IMG/VR virus record: IMGVR_UViG_3300034073_000494
Span: 1-34,007 of that record
Direction: 5' to 3' (one strand)
Source of the DNA: a virus
Taxonomy: Duplodnaviria > Caudoviricetes
Length of the DNA: 34,007 bases
Shown: in pieces, positions 25,174 through 34,007 of the stretch
Position numbering within the stretch: position 1 is the stretch's first letter
Layout: each line of letters starts with the position of its first letter
Position numbers and translations under genes: made by a program
Notes under the pieces: generated by a model
Databases searched by the model: none
What the model saw: the letters and a program-made list of their open reading frames with translations, nothing else
Told to the model about the DNA's origin: nothing

Positions 25174-27453
25174 ATGGAATATGGCAACGGCTCGCTGATT
25201 GAACAATCCGAGGCAGAGATGGGCTTGATTGAGCCTATGGACGATTCGGAGCTTGAGGCTTTGGTGGGCATGGAGCTGACCGATGCCGTCTCGTTCATTG
25301 ACGCTGAGTTGTCGCCGGTTCGTGCACGCGCCATCCAATACTACCGTGGCGAGCCGTTTGGTAACGAGGAAGAGGGCCGCTCGCAGGTCGTCAGCACCGA
25401 CGTGCGTGACACCATCAACGGCATCATGCCGTCCCTTATGCGGGTCTTCTTTGGCTCACGCTCGGTGGTGCAGTTTGTCCCTCGCTCCATCGAGGACATC
25501 CAGACGGCCGAGCAGGCGACCGATTACGTCAATTACATTTTCAACTCGGACAACAACGGCTTTCTCGTTTGTCACTCTGCCTTCAAGGATGCACTGCGCG
25601 GTGCGCTGGGTATCGTCAAGTATTACTGGGAGGAGAAGGTAGAGGTCAAAACCGAGATGTTTACGGGGCTGGATGAAAACGCCCTGACGGTTTTGTTGGA
25701 TGAGCCAAACGTGGTGGGCAGTGCCATTGAGTCAATGGACGACCCCTCTTATCAGCCGCCCGTTGACCCGATGACAGGGCAGCCGATGGTTGACCCCATG
25801 ACGGGGCTGCCGTTTCCGGTGCCGCAGATTTATAACGTGGAACTGAAGCGAGAATACCGCGACGGCCGCGTGAAGGTGTGCGCCGTACCGCCCGAGGAGT
25901 TCCTGATTGACCGCCGTGCCACCACGGTGGACGACGCCACCCTGATTGCCCATCGCCGCATGATGCGCGTCTCTGACCTCGTAGCCTTGGGCTATGACAA
26001 GGACGAGGTTGAGGAGCAGATGGGCGTCTATGAGCTAGACACGAATGACGAGTATCTAGCGCGCAACCCCTATGCCGAGAGCTACGGCCCCGGCGGCACT
26101 CAAGACGATAAGCGTGTGCTGTACGTTGAGGCGTACATGCGCATTGACTACGACAAAGACGGCATCTCTGAGCTGCGCAAGGTCTGCACGATTGGCCCAT
26201 CGTACAAGGTGGTAATGAACGAGCCTTGCTCGCATCGCCCGTTTGCCACCTTCTGCCCAGACCCAGAGCCGCATGCCTTCATTGGCATGTCTATCTTTGA
26301 CATGACCGCTGACCTGCAAAAAATCAAGTCAGCCATCATGCGCAACATGCTGGACTCGCTTTCCCTTGCCATCCACCCGCGTGTCGGTGTGGTCGAGGGG
26401 CAGGTCAATATGGATGACGTGCTGAACACGGAAGTGGGGGGCGTGATTAGACAGCGCGCACCCGGAATGGTTCAGCCGTTTTCGGTTCCGTTTGTCGGGC
26501 AGGCGGCCTTCCCGATGTTGTCCTACTTGGACGAGGTGCGTGAGACCCGCACCGGCATGTCCAAGGCATCGATGGGCCTTGACCCCGGCGCGTTACAGAG
26601 CACCACCCGTGCGGCGGTCGCTGCGACGGTAAGCGCGAGTCAGCAACATCTTGAGCTGATCGCCCGGATATTTGCAGAGACCGGGATGCGCACCCTGTTC
26701 AAGGGTATTCTCAAGTTGGTCGTTGAAAATCAAGATCGCCCACGGGTGGTGCGCCTCCGTAATCAGTGGGTGCCGATTGACCCACGCTCGTGGCACAGTG
26801 AGATGGACGTTGAGATTAACGTCGCGCTTGGCTCGGGCACGGAAGAGCAGAAGATGGCAATGCTGTCGAGCATTGCGCAGAAGCAAGAAAGCATCTTGCA
26901 GATGATGGGGCCGCAGAATCCTCTGGTCACGCCGCAGCAGTATCGCAACACGCTGGCACGGCTCACTGAGGTATCGGGCTTTAAGAATCCAGATGAGTTC
27001 TTCTTGAATCCGTCCATGCAGCCGCCGATGCCACCGCCGCAGCCACCGCCTGACCCAACCGCGATGTTGGCGCAGGTGGAGATGCAGAAGATTCAGGCTG
27101 ACATCCAGAACAAGCAGGCGGAGCTTGAGCTGAAGCGCCAGCAGACGCTCTTGCAGGATGACCGCGACCGTGACAAGCAGGAAGCGGAAATCATGCTGAA
27201 GGCGTATGAGATTCAGTTGAAGTACGGCTCACAAATCGACATGAGCGAAATCAAGGCGATGATGGATGCGCCACGCTCGGCCAGCCCTAGCGTGCAGAAT
27301 CCGCCCATGCCTGAGATTGTGCCGTTCCAGCCGCAGCCGCCTTTGGCCCCACAGCCTGATATGGGCATGATGCCGCCTGACATGGGGATGGCCCCGCCTG
27401 TAGCGCCTGACGCCACAATGCAGCCGCCCATGAACCCACCGCCAGTGGTGTGA
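25174..27453 (+). CDS. portal protein (P22-like)
   Basis: YYRGEPFGNEEEGRSQVVSTDVRDT, AEQATDYVNYIF and VPPEEF motifs; C-terminal coiled-coil barrel and Pro-rich tail. Confidence 0.92.
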   Translation: MEYGNGSLIEQSEAEMGLIEPMDDSELEALVGMELTDAVSFIDAELSPVRARAIQYYRGEPFGNEEEGRSQVVSTDVRDTINGIMPSLMRVFFGSRSVVQFVPRSIEDIQTAEQATDYVNYIFNSDNNGFLVCHSAFKDALRGALGIVKYYWEEKVEVKTEMFTGLDENALTVLLDEPNVVGSAIESMDDPSYQPPVDPMTGQPMVDPMTGLPFPVPQIYNVELKREYRDGRVKVCAVPPEEFLIDRRATTVDDATLIAHRRMMRVSDLVALGYDKDEVEEQMGVYELDTNDEYLARNPYAESYGPGGTQDDKRVLYVEAYMRIDYDKDGISELRKVCTIGPSYKVVMNEPCSHRPFATFCPDPEPHAFIGMSIFDMTADLQKIKSAIMRNMLDSLSLAIHPRVGVVEGQVNMDDVLNTEVGGVIRQRAPGMVQPFSVPFVGQAAFPMLSYLDEVRETRTGMSKASMGLDPGALQSTTRAAVAATVSASQQHLELIARIFAETGMRTLFKGILKLVVENQDRPRVVRLRNQWVPIDPRSWHSEMDVEINVALGSGTEEQKMAMLSSIAQKQESILQMMGPQNPLVTPQQYRNTLARLTEVSGFKNPDEFFLNPSMQPPMPPPQPPPDPTAMLAQVEMQKIQADIQNKQAELELKRQQTLLQDDRDRDKQEAEIMLKAYEIQLKYGSQIDMSEIKAMMDAPRSASPSVQNPPMPEIVPFQPQPPLAPQPDMGMMPPDMGMAPPVAPDATMQPPMNPPPVV

Positions 27454-27457
27454 TGCG

Positions 27458-28810
27458 ATGCGAGAGCTTATTGTCCCTGCGCCGCCAAATCCGAATTTGG
27501 CCCCGCAGCAATACTATCCTCATTATCACAACCAGCTTAATAACCAGCTCAAGCTGTATCTCAACACGTTAAGTGCCAACCAGCTTGAGATTGTCAAATT
27601 TATCAATAGCCTGACTAACTTGAACCTACTCAGCAAAACAAACTTTGACGCTTTTGGACGGTTGCGCACGTCGCAGCCGTTCACCTTGTTTGATTCACAG
27701 AATCGATATGGCAAGGACGCACAGTTTGACGAGTCCACGAGTGGCTCAGGCTCGGCTACGCATTTGGCGAACGAATCCTCAGTCAAGCTAGAGGTGACAT
27801 CAGTCTCGGGCGATGAGGTCATTCGGCAGAGCAAGCGCGTGTTTCCGTACCAGCCCGGCAAGTCTTTGCTCGTGCTGGCAACATTTGCGATGGCGGAGGG
27901 GGAGGAAGACTTACGCCAGCGGGTGGGGTACTTTAACGCCAACAACGGTGTTTTCTTAGAGCAAGACGACGATGAGCTGGCGTTTGTTGTGCGTACTTAC
28001 ACAAGCGGCTCGCCAAGCGATGCGCGCAAGGTGACGCAGGCCAACTGGAATGGTGACAAGCTAGACGGTTCTGGCGCGAGCGGCATCACGCTAGACGAGA
28101 CTAAGACGCAAATCTTGTTTATGGATTTTGAGTGGCTTGGTGTTGGCTCTGTGCGTTGTGGATTTATTATTGATGGGCAGTACATTGTGGCGCACACATT
28201 CCACAATGCTAACTCTCTGTCCTCGGTGTACATGCAGACGGCCATCTTGCCGGTGCGGTATGAGATAACGACCAAGGGCGCTATCTCTGGCACCAAGAGC
28301 ATGAAGCAAATTTGCTCTTCTGTGATGAGCGAGGGGGGTTACGAGCAGAGGTCAGCGTTGGAGTGGGCGAGAGAAACCTCGGCCACGACTGGCATTGGAA
28401 CGTCTTTTATTCCGTTGGTGTCTATCCGCTTGAAGTCAACTAACCTTGGCGCGGTGGTCATTCCAAACGGGTTTTCTTTTATGCCCACCTCGGCCTCGGA
28501 TTACTTTGAGGTGGCGCTAATCAAAAACCCCACGCTGACCTCGGCCTCGTTTACAAGTTTGTCCAACAACGTGGAATTTGATACTGCCGCCACCGCATTG
28601 TCAGGCGGCACGATTGTCAAGTCTGATTTTGTGTCGTCCGGTGTGCTGGCGTCGACTCCGTTAAACGAGCCAAGCTCGTACAACTTTGATTCGCAGCTCG
28701 GCGTCACGATTGGCGGCACGAGCGATATATACACCTTGGCCGCACGAGTCATCACCGGCACAGGGGACGGCATTGGGGCACTTTCTTTTTGGGATTTGAC
28801 TGACCCGTAA
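27458..28810 (+). CDS. virion structural protein
   Basis: DAFGRLRTSQPFTLFDS, YQPGKS and FEWLGVGSVRCGF motifs known from aquatic phage structural proteins. Confidence 0.65.
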   Translation: MRELIVPAPPNPNLAPQQYYPHYHNQLNNQLKLYLNTLSANQLEIVKFINSLTNLNLLSKTNFDAFGRLRTSQPFTLFDSQNRYGKDAQFDESTSGSGSATHLANESSVKLEVTSVSGDEVIRQSKRVFPYQPGKSLLVLATFAMAEGEEDLRQRVGYFNANNGVFLEQDDDELAFVVRTYTSGSPSDARKVTQANWNGDKLDGSGASGITLDETKTQILFMDFEWLGVGSVRCGFIIDGQYIVAHTFHNANSLSSVYMQTAILPVRYEITTKGAISGTKSMKQICSSVMSEGGYEQRSALEWARETSATTGIGTSFIPLVSIRLKSTNLGAVVIPNGFSFMPTSASDYFEVALIKNPTLTSASFTSLSNNVEFDTAATALSGGTIVKSDFVSSGVLASTPLNEPSSYNFDSQLGVTIGGTSDIYTLAARVITGTGDGIGALSFWDLTDP

Positions 28811-28826
28811 GGGTGAGGGTAGAGCA

Positions 28827-29516
28827 ATGGCAAACGCATTTTCTGGCAGCCGACAAGCAATGTATTCACCTTACTCCCAGATTGGGACTGACCCATTTGG
28901 CTACAGCGCCGGCGGCACCTTTATGGGTGGCGGAATGGGTGGCTTTGGGGGTGGTTTTGGGATGCCGAGCTACGGCATGCCGAGTTACGGCGGCGGCTTT
29001 GGAATGGGCGGCATGCCGAGCTTTACTAACCCCTTCAGCGGCGGTGGCTTTGGATTTGGTAGCGGCATTGGCGGCTTTGGCGGTGGCGGCTACGGCACGA
29101 GCTTTGGCGGCATGAACATGGGCGGCGGTTCGCAGGGCTATCAATTTCCCGTGCCACCGCAGCCGAGCGTCAATGACCTATTCGGCCAGTACATGATGAA
29201 CCAATACTATAGTGGCGGTGCCTTTAATCCGTACCAGACGCCGGGCTTTGGCTACGGCGGTGGTGGTGGATTCTTTGGCGGTGGCTTTGGCTCGCTTCCG
29301 CCAACGCCGGGCGGCAATGACGTCAGGTATCCTCGCGGCCCCGCCTTGCCTGAGCCGGTAATGGTGCCGGGAGGCGGCTTGCCCCAAGACCCCTTTGCGA
29401 CTCGCTCGCAAATCCCATCAAACCCGGCACCTAGCTTGGATTTGATGGGGCCACCAACCATCTCGCAACAGCAGTTGCGGCAGCTCACAGAATCACTCGG
29501 CAACCTAAGATTTTGA
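28827..29516 (+). CDS. Gly/Phe/Met/Pro-rich low-complexity protein
   Basis: GGFG and GMPSY repeats; co-oriented with the operon and fills the gap. Confidence 0.65.
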   Translation: MANAFSGSRQAMYSPYSQIGTDPFGYSAGGTFMGGGMGGFGGGFGMPSYGMPSYGGGFGMGGMPSFTNPFSGGGFGFGSGIGGFGGGGYGTSFGGMNMGGGSQGYQFPVPPQPSVNDLFGQYMMNQYYSGGAFNPYQTPGFGYGGGGGFFGGGFGSLPPTPGGNDVRYPRGPALPEPVMVPGGGLPQDPFATRSQIPSNPAPSLDLMGPPTISQQQLRQLTESLGNLRF

Positions 29517-29524
29517 GGTGAATC

Positions 29525-29671
29525 ATGCGCGGACTCTATTCAAATATTCATGCTAAACGCGAACGCATCAAAGCCGGCAGCGGCGAGAAGATGCGCAAGC
29601 CCGGCACTAAGGGGGCGCCTACGGCATCAGCCTTTAAGGCAGCCGCCAAGACAGCGAAAAAGCGCAAATGA
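29525..29671 (+). CDS. small basic protein (not in ORF track)
   Basis: MRGLYSNIHAKRERIKAGSGEKMRKPGTKGAPTASAFKAAAKTAKKRK; RBS GAGGTG; familiar phage head-region peptide. Confidence 0.75.
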   Translation: MRGLYSNIHAKRERIKAGSGEKMRKPGTKGAPTASAFKAAAKTAKKRK

Positions 29672-30126
29672 AATGCCCTGACGCTACTCAAGACATCAAG
29701 CTGAATCTTAAAAAGCGCAACTGGGCTTTTAAGAATGTTGGCTATGGCCCTGCGAATCCAGAAGAGCCAAACGATGAGTTTTGGCAGGAGCGTGCCGATG
29801 AGTGGCAGACCGACGTAGACCAAGCGCGCACGATGCGCTGCGGTAACTGCGCGGCCTTCATCCAAACGCCTGAGATGATTCAGTGCATCGTGAGTGGCAT
29901 TGAACCCGAGGAGGCCGAGCAAGACTTGACCGAGGAGGTCATTGACGCCGCTGACTTGGGTTATTGCGAGCTGTTCCATTTTAAGTGCGCGGCGGGGCGT
30001 ACCTGCTCGGCTTGGCTATCGGGTGGCCCGATTACCAAGAGCATGACCAATAAGCAAAAGGACATGCTGGCGATGGCGCGCACCGAGTACGAGATGGACG
30101 ATGATGACGAGGATGAATACTCGTGA
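29668..30126 (+). CDS. Cys-motif acidic protein, HiPIP-like ligand pattern
   Basis: RCGNCAAF...GYCELFHFKCAAGRTCSAW. Confidence 0.65.
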   Translation: MKCPDATQDIKLNLKKRNWAFKNVGYGPANPEEPNDEFWQERADEWQTDVDQARTMRCGNCAAFIQTPEMIQCIVSGIEPEEAEQDLTEEVIDAADLGYCELFHFKCAAGRTCSAWLSGGPITKSMTNKQKDMLAMARTEYEMDDDDEDEYS

Positions 30127-30449
30127 AAACGCCGGCATGGCAGCGGGCTGAGGGACAGTCAAAATCCGGCGGATTAAATGCCAAGGGCCGTGCCAGCTAC
30201 AAGGCCGAGACGGGTGGCACGCTCAAGCCGCCAGTGAAAGGTGTGCCGAAATCTCCGCAAGAAATGCGGAGAAAAGGATCGTTTTTGACGCGCATGGGGT
30301 CGATGCCGGGGCTGTTGTTTGACGATGATGGCGATAAGACACGGCTCAAGTTAAGCCTTGAGGCGTGGGGGCATCGTGGGGACAAGGCGAGCGCCGTTGC
30401 CAAGGGGCGGCGGCTCTTGGAGCAATATAGGAAGCGCAAAGATGGCTGA
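30123..30449 (+). CDS. basic conserved phage protein (DUF6321-like)
   Basis: PAWQRAEGQSKSGGLNAKGRASY...SFLTRM...SLEAW. Confidence 0.65.
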   Translation: MKTPAWQRAEGQSKSGGLNAKGRASYKAETGGTLKPPVKGVPKSPQEMRRKGSFLTRMGSMPGLLFDDDGDKTRLKLSLEAWGHRGDKASAVAKGRRLLEQYRKRKDG

Positions 30450-31662
30450 GAGGCGACTGCCTAGAGGTTTGCTTGACCCAGAGTCTCAGGCGATTGCCGA
30501 GGCTTATGAGGCAATTCCGTCTGTACGGCGGCAAACCCGTGGGCTGTTATCTTTAGAGCCGCAAGAAGACCAGAGCATGATGCAGACCGCTATTGAGGCG
30601 GCGCTTGGGTTTATCCCCGGCGTGGGACAATTGCTTGCTGGACGTGACATCGAACGCGCACGCCGTGCCGGCGACCCTGCTGCGGCTGCGATGGCGGCCA
30701 CGGAGTTTTTGCCGTTTGGTAGGTTGGCGGGGATGATGCGCCGCCCCGGCCCCATCATGTCAGAGATTGATGTGTACCACGGCAGCCCGCACCGCTTTGA
30801 GGAATTTGACGCAAGCAAGATTGGCACGGGCGAAGGCGCACAGGCGTATGGGCATGGCATCTACTTTGCGGAAAACCCCGATGTTGCACGCACATATCGT
30901 CAAATACCCGAATTTGATGATTCGGGCTTGGGCGGTTACGTCATGCCGCGAGCCGCATCAGACGAAATACTCGCTTTATACAACGATGCTCAAAAACTTA
31001 ACGACGCAAATTGGGAAAGCGGCTTAGGTGAGGCGTCGATAAAGGTCTACAACGAAATACTGCATGGCGAATACGGCCCGCAACAGCTAAAAAAGAAGGT
31101 TGAGCAATGGTATTGGGATGACCCAACGAAATTAGCCGAAGCGCAAGACGCAGTGAGAAAGGCTGCAAAAGTCGAAAGCCGTTACAAAGGCAACCTTTAC
31201 AAAGCCGACCTCCCCGACGAAATGGTAGATCGGATGCTGGATTGGGATAAGCCGTTGAGTGAGCAACGCGAACTCGCAACTCCAATTTTAAAAGAACTGG
31301 GATATTTGCGTCCTAATGACAACGGCCCACGGCAATTCGCGCAAGCCGTAAAAGCATTAAACATGGAACACGGTGGATTTGGAGAAAGCGGCGCAAATGG
31401 AATGGTGTTATTTAAGGCGATTTATAAAGGACTTGAGCAAGGGAATCCAAAAGCCATTGATTTTGCAAAACGAATGAATCTTGGCGAGCAAGCTATGTTT
31501 ATGGAAGCCTCTCCATTAGCGTCAGAGGTTATGAAACGCATGGGCATCCCCGGCATCAAGTACCTTGACGCAGGCAGCCGAGGCCAAGGCGGTAGCGGCA
31601 CCCGCAACTTTGTGGTGTTTCCGGGCGAAGAAAAGAAAGTCAAAATCTTAAAGAGAGAGTGA
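30442..31662 (+). CDS. ADP-ribosyltransferase-fold (polyvalent-protein ART-like) protein
   Basis: VYHGSPHRFEEFD...GTGEGAQAYGHGIYFAE...GIPGIKYLD...NFVVF; start trimmed to ATG 30442. Confidence 0.65.
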   Translation: MAERRLPRGLLDPESQAIAEAYEAIPSVRRQTRGLLSLEPQEDQSMMQTAIEAALGFIPGVGQLLAGRDIERARRAGDPAAAAMAATEFLPFGRLAGMMRRPGPIMSEIDVYHGSPHRFEEFDASKIGTGEGAQAYGHGIYFAENPDVARTYRQIPEFDDSGLGGYVMPRAASDEILALYNDAQKLNDANWESGLGEASIKVYNEILHGEYGPQQLKKKVEQWYWDDPTKLAEAQDAVRKAAKVESRYKGNLYKADLPDEMVDRMLDWDKPLSEQRELATPILKELGYLRPNDNGPRQFAQAVKALNMEHGGFGESGANGMVLFKAIYKGLEQGNPKAIDFAKRMNLGEQAMFMEASPLASEVMKRMGIPGIKYLDAGSRGQGGSGTRNFVVFPGEEKKVKILKRE

Positions 31663-31852
31663 CATGTCTAATGCTTTAGGCGACTTTGCAAAGCGTGAAT
31701 GGCTTGGTTTGACCCACGAAGAGTTTAACGATTGTCTTGTTGAGGGCGACCCATGCGAGGCATTAGCAGAACCAGAAGCGTGGGAAGTGATGCGCCAAGT
31801 TGAAGCCAAGCTACGAGAAAAGAACGCATAACCCGAAAGAGAGAGTGACATG
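31650..31852 (+). repeat. 17-bp direct repeat flanking an inserted micro-gene
   Basis: AAAGAGAGAGTGACATG at 31650-31666 and 31836-31852. Confidence 0.9.
31664..31831 (+). CDS. 55-aa hypothetical protein (REWxGLT...EAKLREKN type; not in ORF track)
   Basis: MSNALGDFAKREWLGLTHEEFNDCLVEGDPCEALAEPEAWEVMRQVEAKLREKNA. Confidence 0.7.
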   Translation: MSNALGDFAKREWLGLTHEEFNDCLVEGDPCEALAEPEAWEVMRQVEAKLREKNA

Positions 31853-32026
31853 CCAAGCAAATCAAACAAACAAGCACGCTTCATGGCAATGCTTGCGAAC
31901 AACCCAGAGATGGCGCGTGAGGAAGGCGTCCCCATGAAGGTTGCCAAGGATTACGTCAAGGCCGACAAAAAGTCAGGCCGCTTGAAGAAAGCCATGCGCG
32001 GCGTGAAGCGCGGCCTCTTGGCATGA
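31850..32026 (+). CDS. small basic head-region protein (not in ORF track)
   Basis: MPSKSNKQARFMAMLANNPEMAREEGVPMKVAKDYVKADKKSGRLKKAMRGVKRGLLA. Confidence 0.75.
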   Translation: MPSKSNKQARFMAMLANNPEMAREEGVPMKVAKDYVKADKKSGRLKKAMRGVKRGLLA

Positions 32027-32292
32027 GCGAAAGCAACCCGTATTTAATTGCTCAGCGCGCCAATGAGGCCAAGGAGCTGCTAGAGAATCCGTTATTGGAA
32101 GAAGCCTTTGCGCAGATGGAGGCGGCGTATCTTGCCGACTGGCGCAGCAGCGGGCTTGCCGACCTTGAGGAGCGTGAGCGGGTATGGCTCGCCATCAAGG
32201 TCTTGGAGGAGGTCAGGCGCCACCTGCGGGTGGTCGTTGAGAATGGCGTCATCGCCAAGCGCGATATTGACCGCATTGCGGGTCGCCGCTAA
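32023..32292 (+). CDS. conserved helical protein upstream of the scaffold
   Basis: AKELLENPLLEEAF...ERERVWLA; typical position. Confidence 0.7.
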   Translation: MSESNPYLIAQRANEAKELLENPLLEEAFAQMEAAYLADWRSSGLADLEERERVWLAIKVLEEVRRHLRVVVENGVIAKRDIDRIAGRR

Positions 32293-32318
32293 CGGCTTGA
32301 ATCCTTCAAAATAAAAGA

Positions 32319-33296
32319 ATGGAAACAACCGGCACGGGTACACCCCCCGGATCATATACATCCCCGCAAGACGCTTTTGAGCAAATGCTCGCCGCCGAAG
32401 AAGGCGAAAACGAGCCGCAAGAAAGCCAAGCCGAGGGAGAGGGTGAGGAGATTGATTTTGGTCTTGACGGCGAGTCGGATCAAGATGCAGTCGAGGACAC
32501 CGACAGCGATGAGGTGGCTGAAGAAGCGCCCCAGCAGTCCCAGACTTTCCGCGTCAAGGTTGACGGGGAAGAGGTCGAGGTGCCGCTGGATGAGCTACTG
32601 AAGGGCTACTCACGCACCGCAGACTATACGCGCAAAACGCAAGCGATTGCACAGGCTCGTAAAGAGACCGAGGCAGAGCTGGCTCAAGCGCGGGAAGAGC
32701 GGCAACGATATGCGGCCACGCTGCAAGTGCTGAGTCAGCAGTTGCAGGCGATGCAGCCGCCAGAAATCGACTGGGACAGGCTCTACCAAGAGAATCCCAC
32801 CGAGTGGGTGCGGCAGCGAGAGCTGGCACGAACGCGGCAAGAGCAGATGATGTGGGTACAGTCCCAGCAGCAAGCCTTGCAGCAGCGCCAGCAGGTTGAG
32901 GAGCAAGAGCAGCAAGCTCGCACTCTGGAAACAGAGCGTGAGAAATTGTTGGATGCGTTGCCTGATTGGCGTGACAGCGATAAAGCACGCGCCGAGAAGG
33001 CTAAGATTGTCGAATATGCCACAGGGAAACTGGGCTTCAGCGCCGAGGAAATCTCTGACATATACGACGCTCGCGCGGTCGTCGCGTTGCGCAAGGCATG
33101 GCTCTACGATGAGCTGATGTCAAAGCGTGACAAGATGCGGCCCACCATCCAGCAGAAGGCCAAGCCCATGAAGGGTGGCACGGCTGGTACGCCTCAATCG
33201 ACCAAGGTACGCACGTCAAAGGACGCTCTTTCAAGACTCGCCAAGTCCGGCAGCACGCGAGATGCGGCTGCTGTTTTTGAGCAATTCATTGATTGA
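32319..33296 (+). CDS. capsid scaffolding protein
   Basis: Acidic N-terminus, VKVDGEEVEVPLDELLKGYSRTADYTRKTQ, coiled coil; directly precedes the capsid gene. Confidence 0.88.
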   Translation: METTGTGTPPGSYTSPQDAFEQMLAAEEGENEPQESQAEGEGEEIDFGLDGESDQDAVEDTDSDEVAEEAPQQSQTFRVKVDGEEVEVPLDELLKGYSRTADYTRKTQAIAQARKETEAELAQAREERQRYAATLQVLSQQLQAMQPPEIDWDRLYQENPTEWVRQRELARTRQEQMMWVQSQQQALQQRQQVEEQEQQARTLETEREKLLDALPDWRDSDKARAEKAKIVEYATGKLGFSAEEISDIYDARAVVALRKAWLYDELMSKRDKMRPTIQQKAKPMKGGTAGTPQSTKVRTSKDALSRLAKSGSTRDAAAVFEQFID

Positions 33297-33307
33297 GGTA
33301 ATTTAAA

Positions 33308-34007
33308 ATGTCCCAGACTAGTAACACTTTTGATACCTTCAATGCGAAGGGTATTCGTGAGTCTCTTTCAAATGTGATCTACAACATATCACCGGAAGAA
33401 ACTCCATTTATGAGCAACATTGGCCGTGAAAACGTCAAGAACACTTATTTTGAGTGGCAGACCGATTCTTTGGCCGCAGCCTCCACGACCAACGCGCAAA
33501 TCGAAGGCGACGACGTGTCGGCCTACGACAGCACCGCTGCGACCGCCCGCATCGGCAATTACACGCAGGTCAGCCGCAAAACGCTCATCCTCTCCGGCAC
33601 GCTGGAGTCGGTGGACAAGGCGGGTCGTCGCTCTGAGTTGGCCTATCAGCTTGCCAAGCGTTCGGCTGAGTTAAAGCGCGACATGGAGAGCATCATGCTC
33701 ACGAACCAAGCGGCTGCCGCTGGTTCGGCTGGTGTTTCTACTGCGTTGCGCAAGACGGGTTCGCTCTTGGCCTTCTTGAAGACCAACACGAACAAAGGCA
33801 CGAGCGGTGCTGACCCGTCTTACACCACCTCGCCCAACGCGACCCGCACGGACGCTTTGGCCGCCGACCAGCGCACCTTCACGGAAGTCATCCTCAAGGA
33901 TGTCATCCAGCAGGTGTGGACTGAGGGTGGCACGCCAAAGATTTTGATGGTTGGCCCCGTCAACAAGCAGCGCGTCTCTGGGTTCGCTGGTATTGCCGAA
34001 GTGCGGC
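33308..34007 (+). CDS. major capsid protein (DUF5309/SU10-like), 3' truncated by the window
   Basis: Read manually: MSQTSNTFDTFNAKGIRESLSNVIYNISPEETPFMSNIGRENVKNTYFEWQTDSL...NYTQVSRK...ELKRDME; RBS GAGG; open to the window end. Confidence 0.92.
   Translation, partial: MSQTSNTFDTFNAKGIRESLSNVIYNISPEETPFMSNIGRENVKNTYFEWQTDSLAAASTTNAQIEGDDVSAYDSTAATARIGNYTQVSRKTLILSGTLESVDKAGRRSELAYQLAKRSAELKRDMESIMLTNQAAAAGSAGVSTALRKTGSLLAFLKTNTNKGTSGADPSYTTSPNATRTDALAADQRTFTEVILKDVIQQVWTEGGTPKILMVGPVNKQRVSGFAGIAEVR

Noticed and set aside
1-34007. Alternative genetic code or integrated prophage with host flanks
   Set aside because: Genes are intact and densely packed under the standard code, and no host housekeeping genes appear at either end

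Overview
This window is most of the genome of a tailed dsDNA phage with a P22/podovirus-like gene layout, cut inside the major capsid gene. The host is probably a proteobacterium, judging from dif-, IHF- and Fur-type sites. Gene order: tail and tail-fibre genes, lysis cluster, tail hub and ejection proteins, and a peptidase/phosphoesterase pair (1-11.7 kb, +); a leftward early operon with micro-ORFs, DUF3310, a PD-(D/E)XK nuclease, an SSB-like protein and a C5 DNA methyltransferase (11.6-16.3 kb, -); a divergent control region with a Cro-like gene; then primase-helicase, a repeat-rich putative origin, resolvase, terS, a 455-bp non-coding element, terL, glycan-modification genes, portal, small head genes, an ART-like protein, scaffold and capsid (16.4-34 kb, +). 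No integrase, CI repressor, partition system or DNA polymerase is visible. The main discovery candidate is the terS-terL intergenic element: a near-canonical XerC/XerD dif site flanked on both sides by IHF-like sites and identical 20-bp Fur-box-like repeats. Other notable items are an alternative-frame ORF nested in the methyltransferase (resembling M.EcoHK31I beta), repeat-bounded micro-gene cassettes, a HiPIP-like Cys protein and a recurring terminal GLL motif. All family assignments come from motif recognition by eye; no searches were run.
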